Assembly: GCA_964578965.1 (NCBI GenBank) | Contig: CAZOFC010000001.1 | Span: forward strand, 1 to 42,361 | Source of the DNA: an uncultured Azospirillum sp. | Lineage (GTDB): Bacteria > Pseudomonadota > Alphaproteobacteria > Rickettsiales > UBA3002 | DNA length: 42,361 nt | Direction of reading: 5' to 3' | Part shown: positions 33,928-42,361 of the stretch, in pieces | Position numbering within the stretch: position 1 is the first letter of the stretch | Layout: each line of letters opens with the position of its first letter | Translations under genes and position numbers: made by a program | Notes under the pieces: generated by a model | Databases searched by the model: none | What the model saw: only the letters and a program-made list of their open reading frames with translations | What the model was told of the DNA's origin: nothing

Positions 33928-35607
33928 ATGACCATTAATCTTCACCTTCCCTCGCATATCGATACGTTGCGTCCGAAAATCACCGTGATTGGTGTGGGCG
34001 GTGCGGGTGGCAATGCGGTCAACAACATGATCGCCTCGAACCTTGAGGGTGTGGATTTTGTGATCGCGAACACGGATGCGCAGGCGCTTGAATCGGCGCA
34101 GACGGACCGCATCATTCAGCTCGGCATGACGGTGACGCGTGGCTTGGGCGCTGGGGCAAAGCCGCCGGTTGGCCATTCCGCTGCCGAAGAAGCGGGCGAT
34201 GAAATCGCCGATGCAATTCAAGGCAGCAACATGCTGTTCATCACCGCCGGGATGGGTGGCGGCACGGGCACGGGTGCCGCGCCAGTGATTGCGCGCATTG
34301 CCAAAGAGCAGGGGATTCTGACCGTTGGTGTCGTTACTAAACCGTTCTCGTTCGAAGGGCCGCACCGCATGCGCCTCGCCGAAGCGGGCATTCGTGAATT
34401 GCAACAATATGTCGATACATTGATTGTGGTGCCAAACCAGAACCTGTTCCGCATTGCGAATGAGAAAACCGGCTGGGCGGAAGCCTTCCGCTTGGCGGAT
34501 GAAGTGCTGCACTCGGGCGTGCGTGGCGTGACGGATTTGATTGTGAAGCCAGGCCTTGTGAATCTCGACTTCGCCGATATTCGCGCAGTGATGGGCGAGA
34601 TGGGCAAAGCGATGATGGGCACCGGGGAAGCCACCGGCGACCAACGTGCATTGCAGGCGGCGGAAGCAGCGATCAGCAACCCGCTGCTTGATGATGTGTC
34701 GCTCAAAGGTGCGCGCGCAGTGCTGGTGAACATCACCGGTGGTACGGATCTGTCGCTCTTTGAAGTCGATGAGGCGATGAACCGCATCCGCGACGAGGTG
34801 GACCCTGAAGCCAACATCATTTTCGGTTCGACCTTCAGCGATGCCATGGCCGGTAAGATGCGCGTGTCGGTGGTCGCCACCGGTATTGATGCAGACCAAC
34901 TGACCATGCTGCCGCCAAGCCAAGATATTACGACGGCTGCTGCGCAAGCGGCGCGTAAGCCATTCGGCGGCGCGCCATCGCCGCAGTCGGCGCCGCGCAA
35001 GGAAACCATGGTTGCGGCACCGCGCGAGCGCACGGCGGCTGAAATCGTGCGCCAGTCCGGCACCTCGACCGTTGCTGAGGCGGCGCGTCAGGCGGCGCCG
35101 CGTGCGGCGGCACCACAGCCCGTCATTCGCGTGATTGACGAAGTAGCGGCGCCGCAACCTGTGCAGCGTGAAGTGCAGGAAGTAGTTGCGCAAGCAGCCC
35201 CCTCGCAGCTGGAGACGGCAATGCGCATTGCTGCAACAGCCGCAAGCCGCCCAGCCGTTGCAGCCTCGGTGGATGCGGGCCCGTTATTCATCAGCCCGCG
35301 TGCGGAAGTGCCGCAACAGCGCACATTGTTCTCTAACCATGCGCCTGAACTTGAGGGTGACGCAGAAAGCGATGCGGATGCTGCGCCAGCATCGGGCAAG
35401 AGCTTGTTCAATCGCCTTGCTAATGTGGGTAAAAGCATCACGGGTAGCAGCAGTGCAAGTCGCCCTGCCGCGAATCCCCGCATGGCAGCCAGCGCGATCG
35501 CGCCGGTGAATGAGCGCAAGCCCGAGGTGCGTGAAAGCACACCAAGTGCGGGGGATGAGGATGAGTTCTATGACATCCCCGCGTTCCTGCGTCGTCAGGC
35601 AAACTAG
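33928..35607 (+). CDS. ftsZ: cell division protein FtsZ with a long disordered C-terminal linker
   Basis: 559 aa from [10 protein letters not shown] (GGAGGA RBS at 33919-33924). [13 protein letters not shown] and the tubulin signature [14 protein letters not shown]-rich linker of about 200 aa. Conserved C-terminal peptide [11 protein letters not shown]. Confidence 0.96.
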   Translation: MTINLHLPSHIDTLRPKITVIGVGGAGGNAVNNMIASNLEGVDFVIANTDAQALESAQTDRIIQLGMTVTRGLGAGAKPPVGHSAAEEAGDEIADAIQGSNMLFITAGMGGGTGTGAAPVIARIAKEQGILTVGVVTKPFSFEGPHRMRLAEAGIRELQQYVDTLIVVPNQNLFRIANEKTGWAEAFRLADEVLHSGVRGVTDLIVKPGLVNLDFADIRAVMGEMGKAMMGTGEATGDQRALQAAEAAISNPLLDDVSLKGARAVLVNITGGTDLSLFEVDEAMNRIRDEVDPEANIIFGSTFSDAMAGKMRVSVVATGIDADQLTMLPPSQDITTAAAQAARKPFGGAPSPQSAPRKETMVAAPRERTAAEIVRQSGTSTVAEAARQAAPRAAAPQPVIRVIDEVAAPQPVQREVQEVVAQAAPSQLETAMRIAATAASRPAVAASVDAGPLFISPRAEVPQQRTLFSNHAPELEGDAESDADAAPASGKSLFNRLANVGKSITGSSSASRPAANPRMAASAIAPVNERKPEVRESTPSAGDEDEFYDIPAFLRRQAN

Positions 35608-35845
35608 CCTTCCTAGCTGTTGATAAGGCTGGTTTCAGGCGTTTCAAGCCTGTGCGCATTGCTATCAGCGGCCAGACCTGTTTTCCTGGTTCATTTCAGG
35701 CGGGTTGCCGTCTAAATTTTTATTTAGCTTCAGTAAGCGGGTCACATAGCTTCTGTAACAAAGCGTTACAAAGCGTGAATTGTAACCCTGCATGTAATCG
35801 ACGTATGGTGCATCATCAAAATCAAAATTGACAAGGTGCACACTC

Positions 35846-36790
35846 ATGGAATCCTCACTCACGGATGCAATGCTTTGCCAACACACCGTTGCCGCGGAGG
35901 TAAGCTGCGTTGGGGTATCGCTGCATAGCGGCGATATGGTCAACATGGTGATTCGCCCAGCAGGCCCGAACACGGGGATTGTGTTCGTGCGCAAGGATAT
36001 TGAACAGCCGCATAATGTGGTGCCTGCAACGTATGACGCGGTGCGCGAAATCACACTTGGCACCACGATTGCCAACAAGCATGGCGTGAGTGTTTCCACC
36101 ATTGAGCATTTGATGGCGGCCATCTGGGGCGCTGGGATTGACAACGCGCGCATCGAGATGGATGGGCCAGAAGTGCCAATCATGGACGGCTCGAGCGAGC
36201 CCTTCACCTTTTTGCTTGAATGTGCAGGTCGCGTGCAGCAACGCGCCTCGCGTCGGGTTGTGGAAGTGCTGAAGGAAATTTGTGTCGAAGAAGGGCTGTC
36301 AGTAGCAACGCTCAAACCAAGTGATGCGTTTGTGCTTGAGGTCGAAATTGCGTTCAAGCACCCGTTGATTGCCACCCAAAAAGCGCGCTATGATTTTTCG
36401 GAGACGACCTTCAAACAATCACTCGCACGCGCGCGCACCTTTGGTTTTGCGCAAGATGTAGAAAAAATGCGCAGCATGGGACTGGCGCTTGGTGGCTCGC
36501 TGCACAATGCGATTGTGATCGGTGAGGACGACATCCTCAACGAAGGTGGCTTGCGTTACGCCGACGAGTTTGTTCGCCACAAGGCGCTTGATTGCGTGGG
36601 CGATTTTTTTCTCGCTGGCGCGATGATTCAAGGCGAAGTGGTGACCAGCCGTCCAGGCCATGGCATCAACAACAAGCTGCTGCGCGCCTTGTTCGCGGAT
36701 GCGAGCAACTACCGCATGGCCGGTGGTGATGAAGTGGATGTGGCGATGCTGGTGGAACGGCCGATGATGGACGAGCAGCTTTCGGCCTAG
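35846..36790 (+). CDS. lpxC: UDP-3-O-acyl-N-acetylglucosamine deacetylase
   Basis: 314 aa from MESSLTDA. GVSLHSG, TIEHLMAA and HKALDCVGD motifs. The TTG at 35828 is an alternative start. Confidence 0.93.
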   Translation: MESSLTDAMLCQHTVAAEVSCVGVSLHSGDMVNMVIRPAGPNTGIVFVRKDIEQPHNVVPATYDAVREITLGTTIANKHGVSVSTIEHLMAAIWGAGIDNARIEMDGPEVPIMDGSSEPFTFLLECAGRVQQRASRRVVEVLKEICVEEGLSVATLKPSDAFVLEVEIAFKHPLIATQKARYDFSETTFKQSLARARTFGFAQDVEKMRSMGLALGGSLHNAIVIGEDDILNEGGLRYADEFVRHKALDCVGDFFLAGAMIQGEVVTSRPGHGINNKLLRALFADASNYRMAGGDEVDVAMLVERPMMDEQLSA

Positions 36791-37260
36791 CCCCGGCTGA
36801 AGGGCACGTTACTTCCTGGAACTTTGGTGAAATGGCTGCCAGTGGCGATGAACCCCTCGCGATGATAGAAGCGCTGGGCGAGGAAATAATCCGCATAGGT
36901 ATCGAGCACAATTAGTTCGCATTTCTCGGCAATCGCTCGCTTTTCAAGCCATGCCACCAGCTTTTTGCCAATCCCCCGCGCGCGGTAATCGGGATGAACG
37001 AAGAAATTATCGATATCCAACTGGCGCCCACACCAGAAGCGCGAACGCAGCCAAAAGCCGCTGATGCCGACCATCTGCTCGCCATCAAAGGCGGCCACGG
37101 CTGAATAGCCAAAGGGCAGCATATCGCGCAGATAATGCTCAAAGCGCGCCTTGGTCAGGGATGGTTTGTTGAGCTTCATCAAAGGATACATGAGGCCCAT
37201 TTCAGTGGGCGCAAGTTCGCGCAGGCGAATGCGGCTGGTACTTGATAGTTTCTTGTTCAT
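36787..37260 (-). CDS. GNAT-family N-acetyltransferase
   Basis: 157 aa from MNKKLSSTS (ATG at 37260). Acetyl-CoA motif VHPDYRARGIGKKLVAWLEKRA. Only this 3' part of ORF 36787..38160 is credible. Confidence 0.8.
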   Translation of the reverse strand: MNKKLSSTSRIRLRELAPTEMGLMYPLMKLNKPSLTKARFEHYLRDMLPFGYSAVAAFDGEQMVGISGFWLRSRFWCGRQLDIDNFFVHPDYRARGIGKKLVAWLEKRAIAEKCELIVLDTYADYFLAQRFYHREGFIATGSHFTKVPGSNVPFSRG

Positions 37261-37320
37261 GATGGTGTTTCCCCTGCATCCGTCTGTTGCACATGTTCCC
37301 CACGCTGCTATAAGGAATCC

Positions 37321-38178
37321 ATGGAATTTGGACAACAGAGATTTTCGCGCGCGGCGCGGGTTTGCGCCCTGATGATGCTGGCAATGCTTAGCGCCTGTGG
37401 TGGGAGCGAAGCCGATGATGATGCGCTTGCCAAACCAGCCGAACAAAGCACATTGATTGATGAAAAAAATGAGACGGTTGAGGCGCTGTATGACAAGGCG
37501 TTTGAGACCTTTAATCGTAAAGCATTCAAGCCGGCGATCGAGCAATTTGAGGAAGTGGAGCGCCAGCACCCCTTCTCGGAATGGGCGGCGCGCGCGCAAA
37601 TCATGGCGGCCTATTCCGCCTATCGTGGCGGGCAGTTCGATGATGCGATTGTCATTCTCGACCGCTTCGTGAAGCTGCACCCGACGCACCCAAGCGCAGC
37701 GTATGCGTACTATCTCACCGCGCTTACCTACTACACCCAGATTTCTGATGTGGGGCGCGACCAGAAAGCGACCGAGCAGGCGCGCACCGCACTGAAAGAC
37801 GTTATTGAGCGCTTTCCTGATAGCGACTATGCGCGCGACGCCAAAATCAAATACGACCTGACGGAAGACCACCTTGCTGGCAAGGAGATGGAAGTGGGCC
37901 GCTATTACCTTAAGCGGATGGATTACAGTGCTGCCATCAAGCGCTTCAAATATGTCATCGATCACTACCAAACCACCAGCCACACCCCCGAAGCGCTGCA
38001 CCGCTTGGTGGAGGCCTATTTGCGCCTTGGGGTGTTGCCGGAAGCGAAAAAATACGCGGCCGTGCTTGGCTATAACCAGCCGGGCTCGGATTGGTATAAA
38101 TACAGCTATGAAATGTTGCAGGGGAATCTCTCGCCGGAAGAGAAAAAATCCTTCCTGCAAAACTATATGAAATTATAG
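37321..38178 (+). CDS. bamD: outer membrane protein assembly factor BamD
   Basis: 285 aa. Lipobox LSAC, TPR-like repeats (AQIMAAYSAYRGGQFDDAI, AAYAYYLTALTYY), and a position next to lpxC and recN. Confidence 0.9.
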   Translation: MEFGQQRFSRAARVCALMMLAMLSACGGSEADDDALAKPAEQSTLIDEKNETVEALYDKAFETFNRKAFKPAIEQFEEVERQHPFSEWAARAQIMAAYSAYRGGQFDDAIVILDRFVKLHPTHPSAAYAYYLTALTYYTQISDVGRDQKATEQARTALKDVIERFPDSDYARDAKIKYDLTEDHLAGKEMEVGRYYLKRMDYSAAIKRFKYVIDHYQTTSHTPEALHRLVEAYLRLGVLPEAKKYAAVLGYNQPGSDWYKYSYEMLQGNLSPEEKKSFLQNYMKL

Positions 38179-38185
38179 GTCGGCC

Positions 38186-42361
<4,176 letters not shown>

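Noticed and set aside
33880-35193. 437-aa ORF on the minus strand
   Set aside because: It is entirely antisense to ftsZ, whose identity is unambiguous. The Arg/His-rich translation is typical of antisense frames in GC-rich coding DNA. The same reasoning applies to 34218..35063 and 35088..35540.
35665-36375. 236-aa minus-strand ORF upstream of and overlapping lpxC
   Set aside because: It is antisense to the conserved N-terminal half of lpxC, and I see no recognisable motifs in the translation. The lpxC motifs (GVSLHSG, TIEHLMAA) fix the coding strand.
36787-38160. Single 457-aa minus-strand ORF
   Set aside because: Only the 3' 474 nt (36787..37260) encodes a coherent GNAT domain, starting at MNKKLSS. 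The upstream 300 codons are antisense to bamD (37321..38178), which has a lipobox and TPR-like repeats.

Overview
This window looks like core chromosome from a Gram-negative bacterium of roughly 55-60% GC. It is most consistent with an alphaproteobacterium; that is an inference from gene order, the short FtsL type and the long FtsZ C-terminal linker.

Left part (1-6.9 kb): monothiol glutaredoxin grxD, purL, a BolA-family gene, and purC-purS-purQ on the minus strand.

Middle part (7.0-15.7 kb): a loosely organised, partly lower-GC accessory block. It holds a Tat-signal ORFan, a soluble DjlA-like J-domain protein, an EamA transporter, an AmpD-type amidase with a peptidoglycan-binding domain, a WrbA-like flavodoxin, a SOUL-family lipoprotein, two further ORFans, RNase P RNA (rnpB) and an M23/LytM-type protein.

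Right part (15.9-42.4 kb): a complete dcw cluster (mraZ-rsmH-ftsL-ftsI-murE-murF-mraY-murD-ftsW-murG-murC-murB-ddl-ftsQ-ftsA-ftsZ), then lpxC, a convergent GNAT gene, bamD, recN, ligA and the 5' part of prmA.

I found no transposase, integrase, phage gene, CRISPR array, tRNA or rRNA, and no recognisable defence or toxin-antitoxin module. I cannot honestly name a new multi-gene system here.

The observations most worth follow-up are:
- a five-fold, exactly 10-bp-phased TGG(G/A)N array with adjacent DnaA-box-like 9-mers at the candidate mraZ promoter
- a sharply AT-rich, roughly 250-bp patch inside the otherwise GC-rich ligA adenylation domain
- a lysine-rich, histone-H1-like tail fused to PurC
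- a 435-aa ORFan with a Tat-consensus (SRRSFLKG) motif
- an M23 protein with no signal peptide and an apparently degenerate HxH motif
- structured palindromic inserts that widen several dcw intergenic spacers

Many long ORFs in the six-frame track are antisense or upstream-extension artefacts of GC-rich coding DNA and were rejected.
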